Assembly (NCBI RefSeq): GCF_004010195.1
Contig: NC_057719.1
Location: forward strand, 87,385,600-87,449,599
Direction: 5' to 3'
DNA length: 64,000 nucleotides
Source: Chiloscyllium plagiosum
Taxonomy: Eukaryota
Below the pieces are notes generated by a model. The model was not told the origin of the DNA, did not search any database, and saw only the letters and a program-made list of their open reading frames with translations. Numbering within the stretch: the stretch's first letter is position 1; every line of letters starts with the position of its first letter. The position numbers were made by a program, and so were the translations under genes. Below, one piece after another: positions 38,147 to 50,811 of the stretch.

Positions 38147-38181
38147 CATCTGATGAAGGAGCGTCGCTCCGAAAGCTAGTG
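38147..38181 (+). ncRNA. Minimal hammerhead ribozyme motif
   Basis: CAT-CTGATGA-A-GGAGC-GTC-GCTCC-GAAA-GCTA-GTG: stem I CAU/GUG, 5-bp stem II, loopless AGCU stem III (dimer type). Confidence 0.75.
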
Positions 38182-38930
38182 CTTCCAATTAAGCCTGTTG
38201 GACTATAACCTGGTGTTGTGTGATTTTTAACTTTGTACACCCCAGTCCAACACCGGCATCTCCAAATCATATCTCAGCAAGGCGCCCAGTGATCACTTGC
38301 CTAGCTTCCCACAAAGTTCTGGGATACACCTGATCAGGTCCTGGGGATTTTGTGTTTTAAGACATCCAGCTGCTCCTCCTCTGTAATATGGATGCTTTTC
38401 AAGATATCACTGTTTATTTCTCCAGGTTCTCTACAGTTAGTACTGACATGAAATACTTGTTTAATATCTCACCCATCTCCACATAGAGAGAGTTGCTGAT
38501 CTTTGTCTGGCCCTATTCTCTCCCTAGTTTTCATGCTCCTTAACACTATTCACCAAAACTACCTCATGTCCCCTTTTTGCCCTCTTGATTTCCCTTGCGT
38601 ACAGAATCCCTACAGTGTAGGAATAGGCCATTTGGCCCAACAAGTCCACACTGTAAAATGCACAAACTGCACGTGTGAATCTGCAACTTTCAAATCACAG
38701 CTACGCTGTGTATATTCCTCGTGGGAATCCCAGCTGTCTATACCTGCCATGTGCTTCCCTGCACACACTCAAGCACACACGCTCATGCATATTGACATAG
38801 ACATACATTCACTCATATCTACATATACACACACGCACTCATACCTTGAGATCGCAGGGGGAAATATAAAAAAAGCCAGCCTTTTTTCACGTGTTTCTTT
38901 GAACCGTGTGCCCTGGAAGACTTGACTCAC

Positions 38931-39052
38931 CGCAGCTTGGTTTCCTTCTGTAGTCGAAGCCAGCCCTCCTGAATTTCTCTCTGCTTCAGGCTGAGCTTAT
39001 CACCCACTGGAGACTGGCTCTTGCACAGTTCTCTGGCTTTAACTTCCAGCAC
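38931..39052 (-). CDS. SPTBN5: Beta-V spectrin exon VLEVKARELCKSQSPVGDKLSLKQREIQEGWLRLQKETKL(R)
   Basis: aaacag| ... |gtgagt; 122 nt, phase 0/2; helix-C tryptophan present. Confidence 0.88.
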
Positions 39053-39099
39053 CTGTTTCAGATAAACAATCTCCTAATGTGAATGCTTGTACCATTCGA

Positions 39100-40800
39100 A
39101 CAACAACAACCTGTGTCTATATAGCACCATGAATCTCAAAGGACACTTCACTGGACGTTATGCAAAGAAATCTGACCCAGAGCCACAAAGTGAGATATTA
39201 GGACAGAGAGCTGACCAATTACATGGTCAAGGAAGTAAGTTTGAGGGAGCATCTAACAGGTGGGGAGGGGGAGAAGGGAATAGAGGGGAGGGCAGTGGGG
39301 AGAAAGGGAGAGGGAAGGGGGAAAGATAGGGAGAGATGGAGAGCTGTTGAGACAGAGGGATAGACAGTGGTAGGGAAGTGGGATAGAGAGGTGGAGAGAG
39401 AGAGAGAGAGAATGAGATTGGTGAGGGGTTAGAGAGGGTGTTTAAGGAGGGCATTTCAGAACTCAGTAGCTGAAGACATGTCCCAGCTTTGGAGAAATGT
39501 TTAAAAGTGGAGTTGTTCAAGTTGGAAAGCTGAATGGGGCTCCAGACAGGGGCAGGGACAAGACCCAGGAGGGATTGGAGAGTGTTGAAACTAAGGGAGC
39601 CAATGTAACTCAGACAGCACAGAGCTGCTTGATGGACAGCATTCAATGAGATGTTAGGATAGGGTTAGTGGAGCTTTGGAGGACCTTACAAAAAGTAGTC
39701 CACAGTCAGCCAGGATTGTGTTGGAACAGTCACATTTGGAGATTACAAAGGCAGCTTACAGCAGCATTGAGCAGAAGCAGGAGAGAGGGGGAATGGGAGG
39801 TCTTAGTGACAATGCAGACAGCTCAGTTCAGGGTCAAAATGTCACTAAGGTTGTGAAAAATCTAGTTTAATTCCTGATAGTTGCCAGAGAGAGGCATGGA
39901 GCTGGTTAAAGGGAGCAGAGTTTACAGGTGGGAGAGAAGAAAACATTGGCTACAGTCTTCCCAAAATTTAACCAGAGGGGATTTCTGCACACAGACTCCC
40001 TCACACGCACACAAATAAACACATGGAACGTTGGACAAGCAGTCCGACATACACAGAGTCAGAGAGAGAGAGAGAGCCAGAGACAGAGCGAGAGAGCGAG
40101 AGAGAGAGAAAACTAGTGGTGAGGTGGAGTTGGGGGTCATCATGTGGAAACTGAGACTGGCTTTTTGCAAGAGTTTACTGAGGGGCAGCATATAAATGAA
40201 AAATAGGAAGGGGGCCAAAGATAGATCCTTGGGAGACACCAGAGGTGTGAGAGCAAGATGAGAAGCCATCGTAAGGAACACTCTGGCTCGAATGAGGCAG
40301 ATAAGCAGAGAGCTAACTGACTCTGGTCCTTGCCTGGTGGAGAGGTGTTGGGGGCCAATGGTCAACCGATGAAGGCTGGATACAGGTCAAGGTGCACAAG
40401 GAGTGATTGGTTTCTCTTGTCACAAACACAGAGGAAGTCATTTGTGAATCTGACGAGACTTTTCTCCCCCAGTAATAAAAGTGGAACATAAAACTGAATA
40501 AAGACAGATTCACATGTGAATTTCTGGGGAAAGTGGGCGAGGATTTGAAAAGTGCTCAAAGTGGAATGAGAAGTTGGAGAAGGTGATAGTTTGTAAAGGC
40601 AGAGCTGACAAGCAGCCTGTAAGGTACGCATGAGTATGGATATATGTACCACACACTGAAATCATTAAGCCCAAGCATAATGGAAAACGATGAGAGAGAA
40701 CACTGGGCTGTTTCTTGGAAGAGAGGGGTGATGGTGTTGACTTTGAGGGAAAGAGAGACAATAGAGAGAGTGAGCCATTAACAATGTCAACTAACATAGT
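39100..40800 (-). mobile_element. Old L2-clade LINE remnant
   Basis: Minus strand near 40180-40240 reads GVSQGSI.GP..F.IYMLPL (frameshifted RT motif); purine-rich plus strand typical of antisense L2; boundaries approximate. Confidence 0.55.
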
Positions 40801-41789
40801 CGTGTGGCTCTGAGCTTGAGCAAGTATGAGGTAGGTCTCACGGTCAAGATTAGCTCAGAGATGGAATATGAATGAGATAAAAAAACGATGCAAATTTGGG
40901 TTAGGGCAGGAAGGGAACATCAGAGGTTGTGAAAATGGAAACAAGGGATGCGGGACGTGATGTGTGTGAGAAAGACAAGTCATAAACTCCTCACTTTATT
41001 GAGTGGAGATGAAAAGGAAGGGGAATTTCCAAAGTGGTTTGCAGTACAAAAACCAAATGTTTGCATTCCAGGGTGGCGCTGTAAAGGTGAGGAGTTTTAG
41101 CAGGCCCCAAGCAATGTCCAACTATATTGTATGTGCTTGAACCTTATGTAGCAATGAATGGTTTAACTGATGATCTGCCATGTCGGGCCTTTCACAAACC
41201 AGTGACAACATTCAGAAAAGGACACCCAGGAAGAAACAGCACGAACTCAAGGACAGAGATGACTCAACAACTTTCCCAGTTTATCCCATCCTTCCATGTG
41301 TTTACGCGTGTGCGTGCGAAGAAGTCTGTGTGCACGTGTCTGCGTAAGAGAGAGAGAGACAGAGTGTCTGTATGTGTGTGTGTGTGTGTGAGAGAGTGTG
41401 TGTGTATACTGTGGTATAAGGGGATTAGAGTTTCAATTAGTTGTGTTAAATGTTGACAGTTTTTACCTGTTTACCTGTAGCTAGGGTCTAGATATTTGTA
41501 ATAAATGGTAACCCACGTTATGAACCTGATCTGTGCTTTCTGTAACCTGTGTCCAAAAGTCAGGTAATTCGGGGAATTTTGCATACTTGTTTCAATCTTC
41601 TTCACTTGTGATTGGAATTGTGGGGATATTTCAGTGCAGTATCCCAGTGACAGTTTGCTTGAATTGAGGTGAAGAGTTGCTGGTACGAATTAGGCCATTT
41701 GGCCCATTGAGTCTGGTCCACCATTCGATCATGTTTTCTCAACTCCATTCTTCCTGTACCTTTGATCCCCTTACGAATCAAAAACCCAT

Positions 41790-41946
41790 CTGTCATAACA
41801 CTGTGGTCTTTTGCTATAAATTCTGTGTCTTATGATCCTGCCCCACTAGTTTACTCTGAAAGCTAGTGCTTCCAAATGTTGGACTATAACCTAGTGTGTG
41901 ATTCTTAACTTTGTTCACCCCAGTCCAACACTGGCACCTCTGCATC
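41790..41946 (+). mobile_element. PLE pLTR fragment of the 38052 family with the hammerhead 5' half deleted
   Basis: gaaagctagtgcttccaa..ttggactataacct..caccccagtccaacactggcacctc matches 38171-38262. Confidence 0.7.
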
Positions 41947-42688
41947 TTTAATACACTCCAAGCCTTCTGTAGCAATGAGTTTCACAGATTCATCAGACTC
42001 TGGATGAAGGAATTCCTCCTCATATTAGTTCTAAAGGGTCGTCCCTTCACTCCGAGGTTGTGCCCTTGTGTCCTAGGTGCTTTAGAAATGCACATTTGTC
42101 TCTTTTCTTGTGATGGCTAGCAGTAGAGTGGCTGCCCTCTCTGCCAAACCACATTGTCAAGACTCAGATACTCAGGATGACCACATAAGCAAGGTGCCAG
42201 GGCTTCCATTCCACAGAATTAGCGAATGGATAAGGAGAAGGCCATTTGACCCATCTCTCCAGACTGGCCCTCGTGAGAACCATTTCTGGTACTGTCACTC
42301 CAACATCCGTGAGCATTCCTCCTCCAGATATTTTGAAAATGTAGAAACATTTACGGTACAGTTGGAGGCCATTCTGCCCATCATGTCTGCGCCAGCTAAA
42401 AAGAAATGAGGCCCTCCCAGGCCTTGCTCCCACTTCCCAAGTCTAGGTCTGTTTCCCTGGAGGTTATAGGACTTCAGGAGCAGGTCCTGATGCCTTTTAA
42501 AGGGGTAGTTGAGGGTTTCTTCCTCAACCACCCCTTTCAGGGAGTGAAATGCTCTGGAGGGAGGGGCTGCTTCCCATCAGTGAGTACTGGCAGCTGATTG
42601 CTAGTTGTGGGACAGGAGGCAGAAGTAAAGGAGAGCAGATTGGGATATGAGGGGCACTGCTGCTCTCAGCTCCACAAGAAGCACTCAC

Positions 42689-42802
42689 CTCCACCTTGTC
42701 CTGGATGACTGTGATTTCCAGCTCAGTTTCTTTATGCCTCCTCATCAGTTTCTCCACACTCTCTACGTCCCGGCCATAGTCCAGACCTTGCATCAACAAG
42801 CT
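42689..42802 (-). CDS. SPTBN5: Beta-V spectrin exon SLLMQGLDYGRDVESVEKLMRRHKETELEITVIQDKVE
   Basis: cgatag| ... |gtgagt; 114 nt, phase 0/0; DYGRD.ESV..L..RH spectrin motif. Confidence 0.9.
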
Positions 42803-43619
42803 CTATCGATAGAAAAGGGGAGTTAATGGGTTTGCACAGCGGTTATCACCCTGGCTAACTGACTCCTCTGGATGGGCACAGGAAAACTTTATACTGCTAA
42901 CAGCTCTGGAATAGGAATCCATAGGTCCAGGCTGATGCTTTTGGTACACAGGTTCAAATCTCACCGCAGCAGGTGGAATTCAATTAATAAATCTGGAATA
43001 TAAAGCTACTGTAGTCTCAGTGGTAATGATGATGATGAGACCATCATCAATTGTTGTGTACATCCATATCATTCACTAATGCCCCTTCAGGAAAGGGGAT
43101 CCATATCTGGTGTGATCTACATGCGACGTGGACCCAAAATATTGTTTTTAAAAAAATTCATACATTGTGGATGTTTATTGGCTGTCCTTAATTGCCCCTT
43201 GAAACGCCTTCTCGAACTGCTGCAGTCCATGTGCTGTGGGTTGATCCACAATGGCCTGAGGGAAGGAATTCCAGCATTTTGACTTGGTGACATTGAAGGA
43301 ACCGTGATATATTTCCTAGTCAAGATGGTGAGCAGCTCAGAGGGGAACTTGCAAGGGCTGGGTAACTGCCCTCTCTGAAGTGGTCCGAGCAAGTCACTGA
43401 GTTCAAGGGCAGTTAGAGATGGGCAACAAACGATGACACCCACATCTAATGCAAGAACAAATAAAAAGAAATGTCCTACAAATATTTGAATGCCAAGACA
43501 GGAACCAGGGCCCTTACCTCTTTGCTGCCACATTCCTCCCTTTCTCCCACTGTTGGACTGACTCCAGAACCAGTGTGAACTGTTAGACCCTGCAGTGACC
43601 ACACAGCCTCATGGAGCAT

Positions 43620-43943
43620 GGGGCGGCACAGTGGCTCAGTGGTTAGCACTGCTGCCTCACAGCACCAGGGTCCCAGGTTTGATTCCAGCCTCGGGTGACT
43701 GTCTGTGTGGCGTTTGCACATTCTCCCCGTGTCTGCATGGGTTTCCTCCGGGTGCTCCAGTTTCCTCCCACAGTCCAAAGATGTGCAGGCCAGGTGAATA
43801 GGCCGTGCTAAATTGCCCATAGGGTTAGGTGCATTAGTCAGAGGGAAATGGGTATGGGTGAGTTACCCTTCGGAGTGTCGGTGTGGACTGGTTGGGCTGA
43901 AGGGCCTGTTTCCACACTGTAGGGAATCTAATCTAATCTAATC
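43620..43943 (+). mobile_element. HE1/V-SINE-like SINE (full length)
   Basis: GGGCGGCACAGTGGCTCAGTGGTTAGCACTGCTGCCTCACAGC head; (CTAAT)n tail. Confidence 0.88.
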
Positions 43944-44101
43944 AAGTGTTTCAACATGTCATTTCACCATCACTCCTTGACCTGATCCCTGGAGCTCCTC
44001 TACCCTCTCAGTGGGAACTACATAAAGATGACCTACTCGGGACTGGGTTTATCCTCAGTGGTAACATTGACGAGGGATCCCAATACAATCGCAGCTCTCA
44101 C

Positions 44102-44216
44102 CTTTTCACCCATTCTTTCTTTAAGGTCATCCATTTCTCTGATTAAGGCATGAACCTCCAAAGCTGCTGCCAGTTTTCTCTTGTAGTTGTTCAGATTTCC
44201 CTGGAAACTGTCCCAT
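44102..44216 (-). CDS. SPTBN5: Beta-V spectrin exon (K)WDSFQGNLNNYKRKLAAALEVHALIREMDDLKERMGEK
   Basis: tttcag| ... |gtgaga; 115 nt, phase 2/0; absent from the ORF track but completes the spectrin repeat. Confidence 0.9.
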
Positions 44217-44529
44217 CTGAAATGAGAGACAGTACTGACGGTGAGTCAGCTGGGCTTGGGAGGTGGTGGCAGGGAATGGATAGCACAGTGAGCAGGCAGG
44301 CTGGAGATACGCTAAGCAAGGGCTCCATAATAGTATCAGCCTCTGCCTAATTAAGGATTACCAAGGCCGAATGAATTGGCCTTCTCGCTTGAACAGAATC
44401 GCTGAAAGCAAATTACAGCCAGTCTTACTCCAGTCCCTAACTTCTTACGACTTCACTGGAGCAGAAAATGAGGCAGAATGCAAATGGCCAATCTTTTAGG
44501 GTGGCCAATTCCTAGAAGATTCCATGCAG

Positions 44530-44851
44530 CACAGTGGTTTACACTGTTGCTTCACAGCGCCAGGGACCCGGGATTGATTCCACCCTTGGGCGACTGACTG
44601 TGTGGAGTTTGCACGTTCTCCCCATGTCTGCGTGGATTTCCTCCAGGTGCTCCAATTTCCTTGGGTAGTCCAAAGATGTGCAAATTAGGTGGATTGGCCA
44701 TGCTAAGTTGCCCATAGTGGCCAGAGTTGTAAAGGCTAGGTAGGTTAGCCCAAGTAAATATGGGGAGAGCGTGGGGGGATAGGATGCTCTTTGGAGGGTC
44801 AATACATACTCGATGGGCAAATGGCGTCTATCCGTACGTAGGGATTCTATG
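44530..44851 (+). mobile_element. HE1/V-SINE-like SINE (older)
   Basis: Same head and central-domain motifs, more diverged. Confidence 0.75.
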
Positions 44852-45499
44852 GCACGGCCTAGAAAAATCATAGAAATCTTAGAAGGGTTTTGTTGTCATT
44901 TTCTTTGAATGTTTCTCCTCACCAAGTGTAAAAGTATGGATAAAGGGGGTAAAGAGAGTTTGAGAGTCAAACACCATCCGGGTGGGTAATGAGGCTTTTT
45001 AGCTTTTCCACTTGGTTTCCAGGAAGAGGGTGCATCACTAGGGTGGGGCCTAGGTGACAAGTCATGTGATCAGAGCATCCAGGAATAGATTTAATCAGAG
45101 TTGCAACCTGTTATTGTTCACTGACTTCCATCTGAATAACATGGACATCCTGGAGAGGGAATTGTCCTTGTAAATCCCAAGAGTAGCCAGTGTTGACCGA
45201 GAGACAGAAGAGCGAGGCAGCAGGGAGTAGACTTGAGAGGTACAGATGTCGATATGAAGTGGTCATCACACATTGTGGAGAGAGGGCAGAGGGGGAAGAT
45301 GGTGCAAACATTATGTCTCATAGAATCACAGAAAATAGAATCATAGAATCCCTAAAAGTGGAAAGACGCCACTCGGTCCATTTAATGTTCATGGTCAATA
45401 TGGGAGCAAAACTGGCAGGAAATTAGGCACCCAATAGTCTTACTGCGACTCTGTGTAATGGAAATTAGTTTAACATGTAAACCTGGGTCATCTGTACAT

Positions 45500-47512
45500 T
45501 ACTACCTCAGTAAACAACAGTTGACATTAGGAGGTAGTGACCATAATACAAGAAGCTTCTATCTGCAATTTGAAAGGGAGAGGGTACAATCGGAAGTGAC
45601 AATATTTCTGTTGAATAAAGGGAAATATGAGGGAGGAGCTGGCCAAATTTAATGGTGCAATACCTTAGCAGGGATGACAGTGGAGGAACAATGGCAGATA
45701 TTTCTGTGTATAATGCAGAAGATGCAGGATCAGTTCATTCCAAAAAGGAAGAAAGATCCTAGGAGGAGGCAGGGGTGGCCGTGGCTGACGAGGGNNNNNN
45801 NNNNNNNNNNNNNNAAAAGCTTTTTTAGGTATGTGAAAGGCAAAAAAATAGTTAAGACTAAAATTGGGCCCTTGAAGACAGAAACAGGGGAATATATTAC
45901 GGGGCTGAAAATGTGTTGCTGGAAAAGCACAGCAGGTCAGGCAGCATCCAAGGAGCAGGAGGATCGATGTTTCGGGCATGATCCCTTCTTTAGGAATTAG
46001 GAGGCTTTCTCCTAATATATTACGGGGAACAAAGAAATGGCAGAAGAGTTGAATTGTACTTCAGATCTGTGTTCACTGGGGACGACACAAGCAATTTCCC
46101 TGAGGTAACAGTGGCTGAAGGACCTGGCATGGGGCACTGAAGGGAATTTATATTTGCCAGGAATTGGTGTTGGAGAGACTGTTAGGTCTGAAGGCTGATA
46201 AGTCCCCGGGGCCTGATGGTCTACATCCCGGGGTACTGAAGGAGGTGGCTCTAGAGATCTGGTGATTATTTTCCAGAGTTCAATAGATTCAGGATCAGTT
46301 CCTGCGGATTGGAGGGTGGCTAATGTTGTCCCACTTGGAGAGAGAAAGCAGGAAATTATAGACCAGTTAGTCTGACCTCAGTGGTGGGAAAGATGCTGGA
46401 GTCAATTATAAAGGATGAAATTACGACACATCTGGATAGCAGTAACAGGATAAGTCAGAGTCAGCATGGATTTATGAAGGGGAAATCATGCTTGACTAAT
46501 CTTCTGGTATTTTTTGAGGATGTAACTCTGAAGATGGACAAGGGAGATCCAGTGGATGTAGTGTACCTGGACTTTCAGAAAGCTTTTGATAAAGTCCCAC
46601 ATAGGAGGTTAGTGATCAAATTAGGGCGGTGGTACTGGGGGCAAAGTACCGACTTGGATTGAAAATTGGTTGGCTGATAGGAAACAAAGAGTAGTGATAA
46701 ATGTCTCCTTTTCGAAATGGCAGACGGTAACCAGTGGGGTACCGCAGGGATCAGTATTGGGACCGCAGCTTTTTACAATATATATAAATGTGAGGACGAT
46801 GTTAGGAGATTACAGGAGAACCTGGACAGGTTAAGTGAGTGGACAGATGCAGTTTAATATGGATAAATGTATGGTTATCCACTTTGGTGGCAAGAACAGG
46901 AAGGCAGATTACTACCTAAATGGAGTCAAGTTAGGTAAAAGGGCAGTACAANNNNNNNNNNNNNNNNNNNNNNNNNNNNNNNNNNNNNNNNNNNNNNNNN
47001 NNNNNNNNNNNNNNNNNNNNNNNNNNNNNNNNNNNNNNNNNNNNNNNNNNNNNNNNNNNNNNNNNNNNNNNNNNNNNNNNNNNNNNNGCGACTGGGCTTG
47101 TATACCCTTGAGTTTAGAAGACTGAGAGGGGACCTGATTGAGATGTATAAGATTATTAAAGGGTTGGACACTCTGGAGGCAGGAAACATGTTTCCGCTGA
47201 TGGGTGAGTCCCGAACCAGAGGACACAGCTTAAATATAAGGGGTAGGCCATTTAGGACAGAGATGAGGAGAAACTTCTTCACCCAGAGAGTGGTGGGTGT
47301 GTGGAATGCTCTGCCCCAGAAGGCAGTGGAGGCCCAGTCTCTGGATTCGTTTAAGCAATAGTTGGATAGAGCTCTCAAGGATTGTGGAATCAAGGGTTAT
47401 GGAGATAAGGAAGGAACAGGATACTGATTGAGGATGATCAGACATGATCATAATGAATGGTGGTGCAGGCTCGAAGGGCAGAATGGCCTACTCCTGCACT
47501 TATTGTCTATTG
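45500..47512 (+). mobile_element. CR1 LINE ORF2 3' portion (contains N gaps 45795-45814 and 46952-47087)
   Basis: SQHGFMKGKSCLTNLL.FFEDVT..DVVYLDFQKAFDKVPH; LEFRRLRGDLIE.YKI; ends attgtctattg. Confidence 0.88.
45905..46013 (-). mobile_element. PLE pLTR-derived insert within a CR1
   Basis: 14-bp TSD AATATATTACGGGG at 45891-45904 and 46014-46027; same family as 3863-4090. Confidence 0.8.
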
Positions 47513-47914
47513 ACATGACACCAAACAGTAGAATTTCAACTGATTAACTTCCTCGACTTCCTGAAGGAAGTGACATTCTCAGGTGCAGTTTTGTAGGAGG
47601 TCTCTGGCATGGGGCACTGTGTTGTCCAATTATTCAGAAATGTGTTGTGTCCCAGGGGGCTGCTGTGCCCTGAGTGGGGGGGGGAAGGAGCGGTCTGTGA
47701 GGGGAGAGGTCAGGGCTCAGTAAGGGAGGGGTGGGTAGAGAGCAGGTCTTGGGGCAGGGTAGAGGGGCGCAGGTCCCAGAGGGGAGGATTTTCAGTGTGT
47801 TAGATCAGGATCTGGGTAGTGTAAGTGGTCTGGGATGCCATGGTTCAGGGGTGTGGTCAGTATGGGGTGCATTTAATAGATACTCAGGCTTTAGACTACA
47901 TATTTAACACTCTA

Positions 47915-48084
47915 TAGGAGTAAATTACTGCAGACGCTTGAATCTATACTGAAAATAAAACGTGCTAGAGATTGCAGCAGGTCAGGCAGTATCCATGGAC
48001 AGAGAGCAGGCTCACGTTACGAGCAGAGATGACTCTTCATCAGCTGCCTGACCCGCTGTGATCTCCAACATTTTTTGCTTTCAG
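47915..48084. mobile_element. Palindromic PLE pLTR-derived element with decayed minus-strand hammerhead
   Basis: 14-bp TSD TATTTAACACTCTA at 47901-47914 and 48085-48098; minus strand CTGATGAAGAGTCATCTCTGCTCGTAACG. Confidence 0.8.
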
Positions 48085-48121
48085 TATTTAACACTCTAAC
48101 TTGTACTGGCATTAGACTGAC

Positions 48122-48240
48122 TTTTGGTTCAGCTGCTGCTTGCGTTGCTGGACAGTCCTAATGTCGTCTTTATTCTTCTTCTCCAGCCGGGTGGCCAGGG
48201 TATTGATGGTCTTGATGTGTGCATCGTCCACCGTCACATC
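48122..48240 (-). CDS. SPTBN5: Beta-V spectrin exon DVTVDDAHIKTINTLATRLEKKNKDDIRTVQQRKQQLNQ(K)
   Basis: ttctag| ... |gtcagt; 119 nt, phase 0/2; joins the next exon in frame. Confidence 0.88.
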
Positions 48241-48469
48241 CTAGAACAGATCACAGAGTAGGGCCAATGTGTTATTAGACAGTGTCATATTTTGTAACAA
48301 ATGCCATTTGTAAAGGAACATGAGACTGAGTTCCCATAATTTCTCCTGTGCTCTCATTCCCAGAGATGCACCGATCTCCACTGATACTGGCCCATGTACA
48401 CACTTTCCATGGATCCTTCAGAGTACTTGCTTGCTTGTTCTTATTGGGCATTTGTTGGCAGGGCTGGTT

Positions 48470-49570
48470 ATAGAACATAGAACATTACAGCGCAGTACAG
48501 GCCCTTCAGCCCTCAACGTTGTGCTGACATGTGAAACCAATTTAAAGCCCATCTAACACTATTCCATTATCATCCATATGTTTATCCAGTGACCATTTAA
48601 ATGCCGTTAACATTGGTGAGTCCACGACTGTTGCAGGCAGGGCATTCCACGCCCTTACTATTCCCTGAGTAAAGAACCTACCTCTGACATCTGTCCTATA
48701 CCTACCACCCCTCAATTTAACACTATGCCCCCTCGTGCTCGCCATCACCATCCGAGGAAAAAGGCTCTCCCTGTCCACCCTATCTAACCCTCTGATTATC
48801 TTGTATGTCTCTATTAAGTCACCTCTTAACCTTCTTCTCGCTGACAAAAACAGCCTCAAGTCCCTCAGCCTTTCCTCCCAAGACCTTCCTTCCGTACCAG
48901 GCAACATTCTGGTAAATCTCCTCTGCACCCTTTCCAATGCTTCCACATCCTTTCAATAATGCGGCAATCAGAACTGTACGCAATACTCCAAGTGCGGCCA
49001 CACCAGAGTTTTGTACAGCTGCATCATGACCTCAGGGCTCCAAAACTCAATCCCTCTACCAATAACAACTAGCACATCATACACCTTCTTAACAACCCTC
49101 ATCAATCTGGATGGCAATTTTCAGGGATAAATGTACATGGAGATCGAGATCTGTCTGCTCACCTACACTCCCAAGAATCTTACCATTAACCCAGTACTGT
49201 GTATTCCTGTTGCTCCTTCCAAAGTGAATCAGGTCACACTTTTCCGCATTAAAACTCCATTTCCCACCATTCATCCCAGCTCTGCAGCTTATCTATGTCC
49301 CTCTGTAACCTGCAACACCCTTCCGCACTGTCCACAACTCCAGCATCATCTGCAAATTTACTAACCCATCCTTCTACGCCCTCATCCAGGTCATTTATAA
49401 AAATGACAGACAGCAGTGGTCCCAAAACAGATTCATGTGGTACAACATGAGTAACTGAACTCCAGGATTAACATTTCCCGCCAACCACCACCCTCTGTCT
49501 TCTTTCAGCCAATTTCTGACCCAAACCACTAAATCACCCTCAATCCCAATTTCTGCAATAGCCTACCGTA
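48470..49570 (-). mobile_element. 5'-truncated CR1 LINE (19310 family)
   Basis: ALERVQRRFTRMLPG..RRLRGDLIETYKIIRGLDRVD; (TTCTATG)n tail. Confidence 0.88.
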
Positions 49571-50811
49571 ACCTATCAAGGTTATGGCTACATTGGGGAT
49601 TGCCTCCTTAGTGGCAGGTTATTGAACCTGTTGTTCTAGTGTCCAGCTCTCCCATCACAGAATCACTACAATGCACAAGGAGACCAGTCAGCCCATCATG
49701 TCCGCAACATCTCTCCAAATGAACTACACCCCTCAGTGCCAGTCTCCTGCCTTCGCCCTATAAACCCTATATGTTCTTCCTTTACAGACAATAGTCCAAT
49801 TCCCTCGTCAAATCAATTTGCCTCCAGCACACACTAAGACAGTGCATTCCAGATCTTAACAGCATGAGAACGTTTCCCCTCATGCTGCTATTACTTCTTT
49901 TGTCATTTTCCAAAAACCTGTGTCCGCTCATTCTCAATCCTTCTGCCAACAGGAATAGTTTCTCCCTCCTTACTCTGTGCAGACTCCTCATTATATCAAA
50001 CCTTCTTTTAACCTTTTCTTCTCCAAGGAGAACACTCCCAGCTTCTCCAACCCATCTACCTCACTGAAACTTTGCACCGAAAGAGCGCCTACATGGTGCT
50101 AGATGGCACAATTGGATTTTATGGATGCTTTGGCAATCATTGACGACTGCATTGCCCCACACACCGAGGTAGGATGTCCCACTTCCACAAACTGTGAGCT
50201 AACCAGGAGGGCAGAGCTGTTCAGACTCAGCAGTGCCACTTGGTATGGAGGCTGCGACTGGGACTGCAGTCAGTCCCCGAACAGAGAAGCTGGCCAATGG
50301 GGCAGTAGGTGTGTCTGGTGAGAGTCCTGGGACACACATTGAGGGTGGGGGTAGTAAGCGCCATGGGCAGCCATTTCCGATGTTGACCCTCCCTCCGTGA
50401 TGTACAGATTGTCCCTTATTCCCAAATTCCCGAACCCACAGTCGGGCCCACTCTCACCAACTGGCACAAAGCCAGCAGTAATGGCAGGTCATTAACTCAT
50501 TACTTGTGTAATATTGATTCAGTGATAAATTAATAATGAACATGTTCAAGACAAAACAACTGACAGGTATGAATGCCATCGAGAGATATGGGGATACTGG
50601 GGAAAAATGGTATCGAGGTAGATGATCAGCCATGATCTGTTTGAATGGTGGTGTATGTTCGATGGGCCAAATAGACTATTCATGTCCTTATGAACCCCTA
50701 TTTTCTTAAAGGCTTCAAGTGATCTTGCACTATTGCCGGGCAAATTCCAGAGGAGGCCAGTCGATGCCCTCACGTTGTCCTTCCCCCTGGAACAATTCAT
50801 AGAAGAATCTT

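Larger units (their letters stand above)
38052..38268. mobile_element. Palindromic PLE pLTR-derived element with hammerhead cores on both strands
   Basis: About 92-bp inverted arms centred on 38142; 34-nt unpaired tail 38235-38268; 12-bp TSD ATATCTCAGCAA at 38040-38051 and 38269-38280. Confidence 0.9.
37310..38595 (-). mobile_element. CR1 LINE ORF2 internal fragment (10753/28190 family) interrupted by a palindromic PLE insert
   Basis: Colinear with about 11500-12530 of this window. Confidence 0.85.
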
